Source of the DNA: a virus | IMG/VR virus record: IMGVR_UViG_3300035670_010029 | DNA length: 64,000 nt | Direction: 5' to 3' (one strand) | Translations under genes and position numbers: made by a program | Shown here: positions 1-9,406 of the stretch, piece after piece | Layout: each line of letters starts with the position of its first letter | How positions within the stretch are numbered: position 1 is the stretch's first letter | The notes under the pieces: model-generated | Told to the model about the DNA's origin: nothing | The model's input: only the letters and a program-made list of their open reading frames with translations | Database searches by the model: none

Positions 1-115
1 AACGTGCTGTCGGCTGGATGGATTACGGACATAAAACAGCACCACAACTTGTTATGGTTCCTGCTAATGCTAAAGAAACTATTCGTAAACTTGATAGAGC
101 CAATAGGAGAGCCAG

Positions 116-328
116 ATGAATAAAATAACTTGGTTAGAACTATATAACTTTTTACATCAACAGGCCAACAGTATACATAGTGTTGGTAGTTTGGACTGGA
201 ATAATCCTGTAAAAATATATGACGCCACAACAGGTGAAGAGTCAACTTGTGACACTTATTACCTTACAGATAATAGTAGCGAACATCTTGTGTTAATGAC
301 GAACTTTGAGAAAGGAAACTGCGAATAA
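116..328 (+). CDS. hypothetical phage protein
   Basis: ORF with AGGAG RBS; stop/start coupled to next ORF. Confidence 0.7.
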   Translation: MNKITWLELYNFLHQQANSIHSVGSLDWNNPVKIYDATTGEESTCDTYYLTDNSSEHLVLMTNFEKGNCE

Positions 329-576
329 TGGATTTGGAAATCGAGAGCCTTTTGTTTAAACAAGTAGAACGACCTAAGAATTATTTGATGACCAAAATTA
401 TTAATGTCTATGATAATAGATATAGAATTAATGTATATACAGAAACAGAAGAAGATAATCTCCTTAAAAAGAGAATAGTTTCTAGTTATTTTTGTCACTA
501 TAATCCAGGAGAATTGATTATTGTAAACAACAAAGAAAATCAAGATCCTTCTATTAAAAGAAAACGCGGCTTCTGA
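328..576 (+). CDS. hypothetical phage protein
   Basis: TAATG coupling with upstream ORF. Confidence 0.7.
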   Translation: MDLEIESLLFKQVERPKNYLMTKIINVYDNRYRINVYTETEEDNLLKKRIVSSYFCHYNPGELIIVNNKENQDPSIKRKRGF

Positions 577-610
577 GCGAGAGTCCGCAAAAATTTCTAA
601 AGTTTGCTAC

Positions 611-639
611 TTGACAGCGACGATGTTGTGCTGTATACT
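611..639 (+). promoter_or_regulatory. sigma70-type early promoter
   Basis: TTGACA(611-616)-17 nt-TATACT(634-639), extended TG; leader TCACAGGA at 657-664. Confidence 0.8.
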
Positions 640-673
640 GGTGGTGTGTTCGTAACTCACAGGAGAATTGAAA

Positions 674-1087
674 ATGGGACTTGGTAAGGGTAAAAAGGCT
701 TGTGAAAAGTGCGGAGCAGTGACCGGCCCCCGTGCTTATATGTGTAAGCAGTGTAACACTCCTTTTGTATTTAAGGCTAAAAGCAAAGAAGCAAAAAATA
801 CAAAAATTATTAAAGATTTTAATTGGCGTGAACTGATTAAGGGTGATCGGATCAGAGTTGCTGGAGGCCCATACTATGTATCTAGAGGAGAGTTTATACC
901 AATGGGATACAGGGGTCGCTTTGTTGTAGAAAGTATTGATGAACATGGTATTCGTGCTTTTGGTCTTGATAAACACGCTGGATTTTGTCATATTTATATG
1001 GGGCCAGACATTCAGAACAAAGAAACCAAAGTTTGGAAGATTAAGCACAAACTTTTGAAACTCAAACAAAAGGAGCCAGTCGTATGA
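674..1087 (+). CDS. zinc-ribbon-containing hypothetical protein
   Basis: CEKC..CKQC at N-terminus; ATG 674 after AGGAG. Confidence 0.7.
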   Translation: MGLGKGKKACEKCGAVTGPRAYMCKQCNTPFVFKAKSKEAKNTKIIKDFNWRELIKGDRIRVAGGPYYVSRGEFIPMGYRGRFVVESIDEHGIRAFGLDKHAGFCHIYMGPDIQNKETKVWKIKHKLLKLKQKEPVV

Positions 1088-1341
1088 GTTTAACCGACGA
1101 ACAGAGGTATCAGATCAATAGGTTAATAACCTATAGAGATCAACTCACAAACAATCTGTTTCATATTGAACAAATTATCAAACAGTATTTTCCAGAAGAA
1201 TTTGACATAGCGTATCAACATTGGATTCCACAAGTATCTACGGCTTTATTTGATGACAAAAGATGGTTGCCAAGAGGCGAGCAAACAATGGAAGATACAA
1301 TACAGAGATTAATAGAAAAAGCGAAAGAAAAAAGTAAGTAA
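1084..1341 (+). CDS. hypothetical protein
   Basis: ATGA overlap with upstream ORF. Confidence 0.65.
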   Translation: MSLTDEQRYQINRLITYRDQLTNNLFHIEQIIKQYFPEEFDIAYQHWIPQVSTALFDDKRWLPRGEQTMEDTIQRLIEKAKEKSK

Positions 1342-1377
1342 AATACAGTCAATTTAACATAGTTTTGGGGTAATAAT

Positions 1378-1749
1378 ATGTCAGACAATATATATGCTAT
1401 TACGGACTTGGACGGATATGCTTCGTCTATTAGAGAGAGCGTAGCCCATTCTTTTGCAGAAGAATATACAGAAAATTTAGACGAGTATATAACTATAGAT
1501 CAAGCAAAGAATATTATCGTTGCTTATAGTCTTGGTCAAGATGAAGAAAATAATTATTTGGTTGATGAAGAGTCTTTCAATGACGCTTTTGATGATATTA
1601 GAGAGTGGTTTTATGAGGCTGGTTTGTCTAAATTGGCGGCAAAAGGCTTGGTGGAATGTGCTTGGGATGATGATCTCAATCAAATGATCTTCTGGATACC
1701 AGAAAATGACTCACCTAAATCCTCAACAAATAGCGGATCTGAAATCTGA
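1378..1749 (+). CDS. acidic hypothetical protein, paralog of 17560..17979
   Basis: shared IYxITD and GxxExAxDxxxNxxxFW motifs. Confidence 0.7.
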   Translation: MSDNIYAITDLDGYASSIRESVAHSFAEEYTENLDEYITIDQAKNIIVAYSLGQDEENNYLVDEESFNDAFDDIREWFYEAGLSKLAAKGLVECAWDDDLNQMIFWIPENDSPKSSTNSGSEI

Positions 1750-1878
1750 AATAGATGAAATAAGAGAGTATATAAATACAGATTTGTGCCGCAAATGCGA
1801 GGAGATGTCAAAAAGACTAGAAGAATGTGAGAGGAAGTTGAACGATTCAGAAAATTAATTGAAAGTGTATAGTATTCT

Positions 1879-2091
1879 ATGAGAAATATTCATCCTGTTA
1901 CCTATATTATATTAGGTTTTTTGTGTTTATCTTTAGGTTTTAATCTTTTACAGAAATCAGAGAATCATAGACTACGCAAGATGCTGGATAAAAAATCTCA
2001 TCCTATTATTATTGACCTACCAGACCCTTATCAGTATCCAAATCAGAACAAAAGTAATGGGATTAGAAAAACAATTACTCACACAACATAG
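1879..2091 (+). CDS. small membrane-anchored protein
   Basis: N-terminal hydrophobic helix; TAG stop shares its G with the first base of the tmRNA. Confidence 0.6.
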   Translation: MRNIHPVTYIILGFLCLSLGFNLLQKSENHRLRKMLDKKSHPIIIDLPDPYQYPNQNKSNGIRKTITHTT

Positions 2092-2444
2092 GGGGCGTAA
2101 AGGTATCGATTGGATATAGAAGATTATGTTAGCAAGTAGTGGTTGGTGGACAGGCCACTTTAAAAGTCTACCAAATGCTTTAACTGGCACAAATCAGTTA
2201 GCCCTTGCTGCTTAATAAATAGCAGTAACAATCTTAGAAAGCGATGAAGGTAGCGTTCAAAAGATTGTCGTAAAATCCTTCGGCTGCTAGAATATCCAAC
2301 GGGTTCTAGCCTGAGATTTGTTGGTACGGAAAAGTAAATGTTGTTTGTTCTTTAACTTTTCTTAAAATTTTATGAACAAAATAAACTTGTAGAATATGTA
2401 ATTAGAAATATCGCAAGAAATGGGTTCGACTCCCATCGCCTCCA
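2091..2444 (+). ncRNA. ssrA: tmRNA, tag (A)GTNQLALAA
   Basis: GGGGGCG(2091-2097) pairs with CGCCTCC(2437-2443) with a G3:U wobble and discriminator A; T-arm ATGGG-TTCGACT-CCCAT; TAACT then tag frame 2186-2215 ending LAA-TAA; CCA not encoded. Confidence 0.93.
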
Positions 2445-2451
2445 ATATTAT

Positions 2452-2793
2452 ATGAGAAAAATTTGTACATATTGTGGCAAAAGAAAGAACCTTAAAAGTT
2501 TTCCCAAGCACAGTATGTACAAAGACAATCTTGATAGCAGGTGCAAACACTGTATAAAAAAACACACAAAGATCAGAAACAAACTCCATAAAAAAGCCCC
2601 ACCAAAACCAGATGTTTGTGAATGTTGCGGGAAAGTGCCTTACAAGTGGTGTTTGGATCATGATCATTCTGATGATAGTTTTAGGGGCTGGTTATGTGAA
2701 CCGTGCAATACTGGCATAGGTAAACTTGGAGACACACTAGAGAGTATAGTAAAAGCATTCAATTATCTATACCAAAGCAAGAAGAATAAATAA
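2452..2793 (+). CDS. endonuclease VII-family (His-Me) homing endonuclease
   Basis: CECC..LDHDH..FRGWLCEPCNTGIG. Confidence 0.85.
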   Translation: MRKICTYCGKRKNLKSFPKHSMYKDNLDSRCKHCIKKHTKIRNKLHKKAPPKPDVCECCGKVPYKWCLDHDHSDDSFRGWLCEPCNTGIGKLGDTLESIVKAFNYLYQSKKNK

Positions 2794-2796
2794 TTT

Positions 2797-3900
2797 ATGT
2801 CTTTATTATTACAAATAGAAAATTTAGAACCTAGATATTATTGTGCTATAGATAGTATGATGGGTCCGATATCCCCGATACCAACTAACAGTATGCCTCT
2901 ATTTCCAGATCATGCTGTTGTAGATTTTTCTTTGGATGAATTGTATCAGAACATTACTATAGACAATGCGATTGAAGCCAAAGAGATCAAATCCTTAATA
3001 AGCCATACAACAGAAGATGACGATATCGTTGACAGATTTGAGTTCTTACAACTAAGACGATATATAAAAAACATGGTTATGCCAGACCATGTGGGGTATT
3101 TGTCTATGTCTGTAGTATACGGTCACGCAACCAATGCTTCGATAGGCAATTTGCAAATGTGGGATGGAAAAGAGAAAGTTTTTTCCTTAATAGATAAGTG
3201 GTTTAACGGTAATGATTTACCATATCAAAATCATGGTGTTTATGAAACTATTGAAGGAGAATTGTTTGTAGATGGAATATCTGCTCAAGACGCCAAACAA
3301 GGAATTTTAAATGATTGTTATTTTATTACAGCCTTAGGTTCTATTTCACAAAATTCTCCAGAGACAATAGAGAACATGTTTCATGAAATAGATACTAATG
3401 TTTGGGCTATTGGTTTTTATGATAATTATAGAAATAAGCATTTTGTCAGCGTAAATAATAAGTTGCCTGCTAATTCTAGCAAAGATAGCGTTTTTGCTTC
3501 TTTTTCCGGTAATGAATTATGGCCTTCTCTTTTAGAAAAAGCATATGCTCAGGTGAGTCAAAATAAGGGATTTCGCTCCAAAGCAATAAATGATTACTAC
3601 AATATAGAGTGGGGGGACACCTCTAGAGCAATATATCACATCACATTTGAAAGAATGTCAATTATTAAAGGAGATGTAAAAGATCAATACGTTTCATATA
3701 TTGATCAAAACATACCAATTACTGTATCGTACAAAAATCATACATATACATTCGAATCGTATGATGTATTATCTGACAAATTCTTTTTAAGAAATCCATA
3801 TCAAACAAATCACATAAACATGACATGGGAAGAATTGAAAAATATTGGCATTGTTGGAGATAGACAAGGAGGGTATTTGGTTCAAATAAATAAGGCATAA
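2797..3900 (+). CDS. calpain-family (C2) cysteine peptidase with N-terminal LEPR-type motif
   Basis: QGILNDCYF, ELWPSLLEKAYAQ, HTY, LRNPY; N-terminus LQIENLEPR. Confidence 0.85.
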   Translation: MSLLLQIENLEPRYYCAIDSMMGPISPIPTNSMPLFPDHAVVDFSLDELYQNITIDNAIEAKEIKSLISHTTEDDDIVDRFEFLQLRRYIKNMVMPDHVGYLSMSVVYGHATNASIGNLQMWDGKEKVFSLIDKWFNGNDLPYQNHGVYETIEGELFVDGISAQDAKQGILNDCYFITALGSISQNSPETIENMFHEIDTNVWAIGFYDNYRNKHFVSVNNKLPANSSKDSVFASFSGNELWPSLLEKAYAQVSQNKGFRSKAINDYYNIEWGDTSRAIYHITFERMSIIKGDVKDQYVSYIDQNIPITVSYKNHTYTFESYDVLSDKFFLRNPYQTNHINMTWEELKNIGIVGDRQGGYLVQINKA

Positions 3901-3935
3901 AAGTGTATATAGATTATTAATAGGAGATTTATAAG

Positions 3936-4151
3936 ATGCTTATTAAAAAATCTATAGAACACTTAGATACCAATCGTATGACTTATTGGCAACATTTTTT
4001 ATTTGCTTGTAGTCATGGTATCGGGTGTATAAAAGCTGGCGGATTACTAATTATACATAGTATTGTACCAGGACTTTTCCCGAAAACAGGCTCAGCATTA
4101 GTTAAGAAACTAAATAAGAGCTTTACTGATCACCTAAATGAAACTTCATAA
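3936..4151 (+). CDS. small hydrophobic protein (DUF6356-like)
   Basis: TYWQHFLFA..LIIHSIVPGLF pattern; AGGAG RBS. Confidence 0.6.
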   Translation: MLIKKSIEHLDTNRMTYWQHFLFACSHGIGCIKAGGLLIIHSIVPGLFPKTGSALVKKLNKSFTDHLNETS

Positions 4152-4323
4152 TCATTTTTATTATTTAGAACCAAATGATTTGCAAATAGTTTTAGATGCA
4201 CTAGAGATTTTGCATAAACAAATGAAAACGCATCAACAATTGGGAATAGAAACTCCATATAGCCAAGCAGACGTAGAGATGGTTTTAGAAGCACTTAAAA
4301 ATAGCAACAAATACAAATATTAA
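4138..4323 (+). CDS. hypothetical protein
   Basis: short ORF overlapping upstream stop. Confidence 0.55.
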   Translation: MKLHNHFYYLEPNDLQIVLDALEILHKQMKTHQQLGIETPYSQADVEMVLEALKNSNKYKY

Positions 4324-4332
4324 ACCAGTCAG

Positions 4333-4361
4333 TTGACAAGTGCCGATAAGTGTGATATGCT
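4333..4361 (+). promoter_or_regulatory. sigma70-type early promoter
   Basis: TTGACA-17 nt-TATGCT; leader CACAGGA at 4370-4376. Confidence 0.75.
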
Positions 4362-4387
4362 AGGGGAAACACAGGAGACTTTTGGAA

Positions 4388-5701
4388 ATGAAGAACGATC
4401 ATCATTTTGACTATGTTTGGGGAATGGTTCGTGATCTGCGGGCTACAAGCAGCACTATTGATAAGCAAAATATTATTGAGGATTATTGCAACCATAAAAG
4501 CGAGGCGGCAACCTTTGCTAAAAATATTCTGCTTTATACATATCATCCTTTGTGGCAATATAATGTCACCAGTGATAATCTCAAAAAGAAATCTCATCTG
4601 AAAGGTAAAGATTTTGGAAGCATCTATTTTTTGCTTAATGCACTAAAAGATCGCCAAATTACGGGACATGATGCGATAGGGGCGGTAAATACTTTTATTG
4701 ATAAGTATCCTGATTGTGACGAACTAATTTACTGCATCATAGATAAAGATCTGAAAACCCGTGCTGGTGATAAGATTATCAACAAGGCTATTCCAGATCA
4801 TATTCCAGAGTTTAGTGTTGCTCTAGCGGACAAATATGATCCAAATATTGTAGATTGGAAGGATGGTTGGTATGTTAGTAGGAAGATCGATGGTGCTAGA
4901 TGTATTGCTGTTGTTGACGATAATGGCAACGCTTCTTTTTATTCCCGCACAGGAAAGACTTTTGAAACTCTGGATATTGTTGCTGGTGGCATTAAGGCTC
5001 TCGGTATATCTAATGTAGTATTAGATGGAGAGTTGTGTCTTCTTGACGAAAATGGCAATGAAGATTTTCAGGGAATTATGAAACAACTTAAAAAGAAGGA
5101 TCATACCATTCCTAATCCTTCGTATAAAATTTTTGATATGCTTACCCATGATGAATTTTACAGTAAAAAAGGAGAAGAAAATAGACCATTTGGTATTCGA
5201 CTGAATAATCTTAAAGAGATTATGAAAAACAACGAGTGTCCGTGTCTATCTGCTCTTGAACAGGATAAAATTAGGGATGACGATCATTTTCAGGAGTGGA
5301 TTAGTCTCTCTAATAAATCGGGCTGGGAGGGCTTGATTTTAAGAGTAGACGAGCCATATAAGGGAAAAAGATCAAAAGATATGCTTAAATGGAAAACATT
5401 CCATGATGCAGAGTATGAGGTTAGGGGTATTGAATTTGGTCCGTTTAGATATGTTCTAAATGGTCAAGAAGCAGAAGAAGAAATGCTATCTTGTGTAACT
5501 ATTGAACATAAAGGCTATAGCGTAAGGGTTGGGAGCGGTTTTTCAATAGACCAGAGACAGTATTTTTATCGCAACCCTAAAGAAATTTTGGGTAAGATTA
5601 TTAGAGTCAATTATTTTGAAGAAACAAAAAACCAAGACGGGGGACTGAGCCTTCGCTTCCCAACTTTGGCTTATGTCTATGGAGATAGTAGAGATATCTA
5701 A
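4388..5701 (+). CDS. lig: ATP-dependent DNA ligase
   Basis: KIDGAR motif I, LDGEL, FDML, EGLILR, KWK, C-terminal OB fold with VGSGFS and LRFP. Confidence 0.95.
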   Translation: MKNDHHFDYVWGMVRDLRATSSTIDKQNIIEDYCNHKSEAATFAKNILLYTYHPLWQYNVTSDNLKKKSHLKGKDFGSIYFLLNALKDRQITGHDAIGAVNTFIDKYPDCDELIYCIIDKDLKTRAGDKIINKAIPDHIPEFSVALADKYDPNIVDWKDGWYVSRKIDGARCIAVVDDNGNASFYSRTGKTFETLDIVAGGIKALGISNVVLDGELCLLDENGNEDFQGIMKQLKKKDHTIPNPSYKIFDMLTHDEFYSKKGEENRPFGIRLNNLKEIMKNNECPCLSALEQDKIRDDDHFQEWISLSNKSGWEGLILRVDEPYKGKRSKDMLKWKTFHDAEYEVRGIEFGPFRYVLNGQEAEEEMLSCVTIEHKGYSVRVGSGFSIDQRQYFYRNPKEILGKIIRVNYFEETKNQDGGLSLRFPTLAYVYGDSRDI

Positions 5702-5763
5702 TTCTCCAAAATATTTACGTGATTTGGTGTATTCTCCTTATAGTATCTAAGGAGAAATATCAA

Positions 5764-6366
5764 ATGAAAAAATATAAAATATGTGGAAAATGTTCAAAAA
5801 GACATAGAGAATGGACAAAAGGCACCCAATGCAAGAATTGCAGATCTTTATCCCAAAGAGAGACTTATCAAAATAATAAAGAACTATATTTAGCTAAAGT
5901 TAAAACATACTATCAGAATAATAAACAAAAAAAATTGGATTACGCTAAAAAATATAGAGAAAATAATAAAGATAAATGTAACGAATATTTCAATAAAAAT
6001 GCAGAAAAGATATATAAACAAAGAGCCAAAAAAGAAAAAGAGAGAAGAAAAACAGACATATCATACAGAATATATAGTAATTTACGACACAGATTACATA
6101 GAGCTATAAAACAAAATAAAAAAACACAAAATACACTAGACTATTTAGATTGTTCAATAGAAGAATTAAAAATACACTTAGAAAAACAATTTAAAAAAGG
6201 AATGACCTGGGACAACTATGGTAAATGGCATATAGATCACATTAAACCTTGTTCCAGTTTTGATCTGAGTATAGAGACTGAACAAAAAATGTGTTTTCAT
6301 TACAGCAATCTACAGCCCTTATGGGCTATAGAGAATATAAAAAAGAGTGCTAAAATTATTACATAG
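5764..6366 (+). CDS. HNH homing endonuclease
   Basis: WHIDHIKPC..CFHYSNLQPLWAIENIKKS; ATG 5764 after AAGGAG. Confidence 0.85.
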   Translation: MKKYKICGKCSKRHREWTKGTQCKNCRSLSQRETYQNNKELYLAKVKTYYQNNKQKKLDYAKKYRENNKDKCNEYFNKNAEKIYKQRAKKEKERRKTDISYRIYSNLRHRLHRAIKQNKKTQNTLDYLDCSIEELKIHLEKQFKKGMTWDNYGKWHIDHIKPCSSFDLSIETEQKMCFHYSNLQPLWAIENIKKSAKIIT

Positions 6367-6453
6367 TGACACTTGAAAGTCTTGCACGGTTCTTCAAGAA
6401 CAATATAATTATACCGGTGTATTTCTAGAATATATATTCTGGAGATATTATTG

Positions 6454-6984
6454 ATGTATAAAATTATATTTAGGTCTATTTTTTATCACTGGTTAATTTT
6501 GTTGATAGGAATATCTATAGGCTTTATTACAAACGCTGAATGGCTTGGTTATAAAAGCGTTATAATAGAAAAGTCTATTAGTAATATCTTTTTCCCAATA
6601 GAATTTACTCAAGAAATAGAAAACAGAATAAAAGATATTGGAGCATCTAAAATTTTTACAGAACTTGGTCATCCTAATGATTTTGAGATATTGGGGGGTG
6701 TTGTCTATTACAATGATGAATTTTACTGGTGCAAATATAAATTTAGGGACCAAAATAATGAGCTAAAATTTGGTGAGGCTACAACAAGAGTAAGATGGAA
6801 AACTTGGGAATATAATTATGGTTCAGATAGTGAAGTTATTGATACTGAGGAAAAAGTACAGGAGGCTATGAGAAAACTCAACAACTGGCACTCAAAAATT
6901 AGAGAGGCTATAAAACAAGCAGACGAAAAAGAAAAAGAACTACTGAGACAAGAGGCATTGCCCAATACGCAGCACTCTACATAA
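6454..6984 (+). CDS. membrane-anchored hypothetical protein
   Basis: N-terminal TM, C-terminal coiled coil; GGAG RBS. Confidence 0.7.
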   Translation: MYKIIFRSIFYHWLILLIGISIGFITNAEWLGYKSVIIEKSISNIFFPIEFTQEIENRIKDIGASKIFTELGHPNDFEILGGVVYYNDEFYWCKYKFRDQNNELKFGEATTRVRWKTWEYNYGSDSEVIDTEEKVQEAMRKLNNWHSKIREAIKQADEKEKELLRQEALPNTQHST

Positions 6985-7000
6985 AACTAAAGAATCAGAC

Positions 7001-7029
7001 TTGACAAGCCGATATCAGTAGTATAGAAT
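7001..7029 (+). promoter_or_regulatory. sigma70-type early promoter
   Basis: TTGACA-17 nt-TAGAAT; leader TCACAGGA at 7038-7045. Confidence 0.75.
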
Positions 7030-7068
7030 AGATAGCGTCACAGGAATTGGAACTTTTTGGAGCATACA

Positions 7069-7770
7069 ATGGAAACCGTTTTGGAAAAGAAAGAAAAGAA
7101 AACAACATATTGCAGGAGCAAGGCTGATGAATTTTTCGCAAACTTTCCTAAAGATAAAATCGTATCCTACAAGGATTATTGGGAGTCCGTTCGGCCACAG
7201 AATACCGCTGACATTTTCCGGCGTTATCTTTTTAGTTACTGCTCTGTGCATACTACTTGGAAGGGTAATTGCTCTGGTTATCAAGCCATCAAGAATTTTG
7301 ACGAATGGATTGATGATCAAGAAACCTTGAGAAACAAGTTGGCTAACTCAGGTGTAGGATTGCACAATAATCGCACAAAGTACATATGGGATTTTAGTCA
7401 ACAGTTTTGGTCTAATCCTAAAGATTTTTATCTTACTACCAAGAAGTATCATGTAAAAAAGCGTGATCAGATTGTAAATCGTATTACTGGTTTGGGCATG
7501 GCTAAAGTTAGTTTTGCATTGGAGATGATACATCCGAATGAGTGTCGCACACTATGTTTGGATGTTCATATGCTTCGTTTGTATGGTATGGAGCATCTTA
7601 CATATACTAAAAGCAAAGAAGGTATTAATAAATATAAGAGGGCTGAACAGCACTGGATGGTTAACTGCGGCAAATTGAAAACACCATCATATGTTGCTAG
7701 ATGTGCTTATTGGGATAATTTGCAGGGTAAAGAGGATTCTCGTTATTGGAGTTATGTTCTAGAGGATTAA
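7069..7770 (+). CDS. HhH-GPD superfamily DNA glycosylase-like protein
   Basis: ITGLGMAKVSF helix-hairpin-helix followed by LDVHMLR. Confidence 0.7.
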   Translation: METVLEKKEKKTTYCRSKADEFFANFPKDKIVSYKDYWESVRPQNTADIFRRYLFSYCSVHTTWKGNCSGYQAIKNFDEWIDDQETLRNKLANSGVGLHNNRTKYIWDFSQQFWSNPKDFYLTTKKYHVKKRDQIVNRITGLGMAKVSFALEMIHPNECRTLCLDVHMLRLYGMEHLTYTKSKEGINKYKRAEQHWMVNCGKLKTPSYVARCAYWDNLQGKEDSRYWSYVLED

Positions 7771-7772
7771 TC

Positions 7773-7892
7773 ATGAGTCAAAACGGCAAGGGTTCTGCAC
7801 CTAGACCTAAAAGCATAGATAACAAAACTTGGGCTAAAAACTACGACAGGATATTTAAACATGGGAAGCATAACAAATCTAAGAGAAAATAA
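7773..7892 (+). CDS. small basic phage protein (39 aa, not in ORF track)
   Basis: GAGGA RBS; MSQNGKGSAPRP..NYDRIF. Confidence 0.6.
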   Translation: MSQNGKGSAPRPKSIDNKTWAKNYDRIFKHGKHNKSKRK

Positions 7893-8142
7893 AACACTGT
7901 TTATTCCTTGTGATTGTCGCAGCGAAGTGTTGATGATAGAGTATGACCATTATATTCAGATGGCGGATTTAGCTATCTATCAATCAGATGCGGCTTATAG
8001 AGCCAAAATGTCATTATGGCAGAGAATTAGATACTGTTGGCAGGTTTTAATTCATAAAAAACCGTATGCAGACGAAATGATGCTCAACAATAAACAGCTA
8101 AAAGAATTAAAAGTATTCCTTTCCACGCTGGATTTGGCTTAA
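7861..8142 (+). CDS. hypothetical protein
   Basis: ORF in operon context. Confidence 0.6.
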   Translation: MGSITNLRENKTLFIPCDCRSEVLMIEYDHYIQMADLAIYQSDAAYRAKMSLWQRIRYCWQVLIHKKPYADEMMLNNKQLKELKVFLSTLDLA

Positions 8143-8193
8143 CAATTCGGTGTATATTATTACATCAACAGAGATAATATTTACACGGAGGTC

Positions 8194-8415
8194 ATGATGA
8201 AAAATAACAGTATGAATGTTTATGTGGCCGACGAACTAGCTCACAAAGTTAAATCTTTATCTTATGCGTTGTCTCAAGCTAGAGACATTATAGAAAAACT
8301 AGAAACAGAAAATCATAGATTACAAGACGCTCTTATTAGTCTAGCGTCTCAAAACAGCGAAGATTATATACTCGACAGCGAGGCGTTTGATGAGTCCGTG
8401 TATACGGTCAGATAA
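8194..8415 (+). CDS. coiled-coil hypothetical protein
   Basis: GGAGG RBS; heptad pattern. Confidence 0.65.
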   Translation: MMKNNSMNVYVADELAHKVKSLSYALSQARDIIEKLETENHRLQDALISLASQNSEDYILDSEAFDESVYTVR

Positions 8416-8677
8416 AGGAAAGAATACAAGAATTATAACTCAGGTTAGTGAATACGAATATTTAGTAGAGGGAGAGGCTGATTGGGCAAGATTTGGCTGT
8501 CAATTTGATCCATCGTTCATTACGTCGGCACAATTAGAAGGCGGTCCATTTTTATTGGTGGGCGATTCTTTTTTGGGTAAAGGTACAATTTCTGCGATTC
8601 AGAATTTAGAAAACGAAAAAGAAGGATACTTTATATTAAAAATTACTTTACATGCACCCAACAAGGAAAATAAATAA
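8387..8677 (+). CDS. hypothetical protein
   Basis: ORF in operon context. Confidence 0.6.
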   Translation: MMSPCIRSDKGKNTRIITQVSEYEYLVEGEADWARFGCQFDPSFITSAQLEGGPFLLVGDSFLGKGTISAIQNLENEKEGYFILKITLHAPNKENK

Positions 8678-8770
8678 TGATAAATGAACTTATAGCTGCC
8701 ATAGGATTGTATAGCGCTCTTTTAGTGTATGGATATGATGTCTATCAACCACTATATTGCACCATAAAAA

Positions 8771-8956
8771 ATGACTAAAATTTACAAAAGTAAAACCGAT
8801 AAAGTTTTGTTTGGGGTATGCGGAGGATTGTCTGAATATTTCGGAATTGATTCACCCTTTTTAAGACTAGCATTTATTTTTGGAGCTATCTTTACTGGCA
8901 GCATACTTTTTTGGATTTATTTAATTATGGCTTTAGTTTTGCCGTCAAAGAAATAA
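8771..8956 (+). CDS. pspC: PspC domain membrane protein
   Basis: YKSKTDKVLFGVCGGLSEYFGID..RL..YLIMALVLP. Confidence 0.9.
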   Translation: MTKIYKSKTDKVLFGVCGGLSEYFGIDSPFLRLAFIFGAIFTGSILFWIYLIMALVLPSKK

Positions 8957-8999
8957 TTCCAAGCGACTAGGGACAAAAAGAAAAATTCAAGTCTGTCTG

Positions 9000-9028
9000 T
9001 TGACATGGACGATACCGTATTGTATAAT
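9000..9028 (+). promoter_or_regulatory. consensus sigma70 early promoter
   Basis: TTGACA-17 nt-TATAAT with extended TG. Confidence 0.85.
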
Positions 9029-9108
9029 GAAAGAGTCAGTAGAACGGTTTGATCAGTCGAGTGACTGAGCCTCTATTTGACGAACACTTGGAAGTTTGGA
9101 GGTTGATT

Positions 9109-9393
9109 ATGGCTGAAGTAATTGCTACAGAAAAGCAGAAGCGTGTGCGTTGTTCGGATGAGCAGTTTTTGGAGGCGGTTTTTAGCAGCAAGACCTATGC
9201 TGAGATTGCATCAAAGACTGGTCAAAAAATTGCTAGTACAATGGCACGATATTCTAGGACAAAGAAGGCTCTTGCAGAAAAGGGCATCGATCTGCCAGAG
9301 ATGGAACGAGCCAAGCCAGTAAAGACGATTGATAATGTTGAGGCTATGGCTGAGACTGTTCGACGCCTTAAGGCCGCTCATTCTAACTCGTAA
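9109..9393 (+). CDS. putative HTH DNA-binding early protein
   Basis: ATG 9109 after TTGGAGG; TYAEIASKTGQKIASTMARYSR resembles an HTH. Confidence 0.65.
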   Translation: MAEVIATEKQKRVRCSDEQFLEAVFSSKTYAEIASKTGQKIASTMARYSRTKKALAEKGIDLPEMERAKPVKTIDNVEAMAETVRRLKAAHSNS

Positions 9394-9406
9394 GAATTTA
9401 CCTAAA

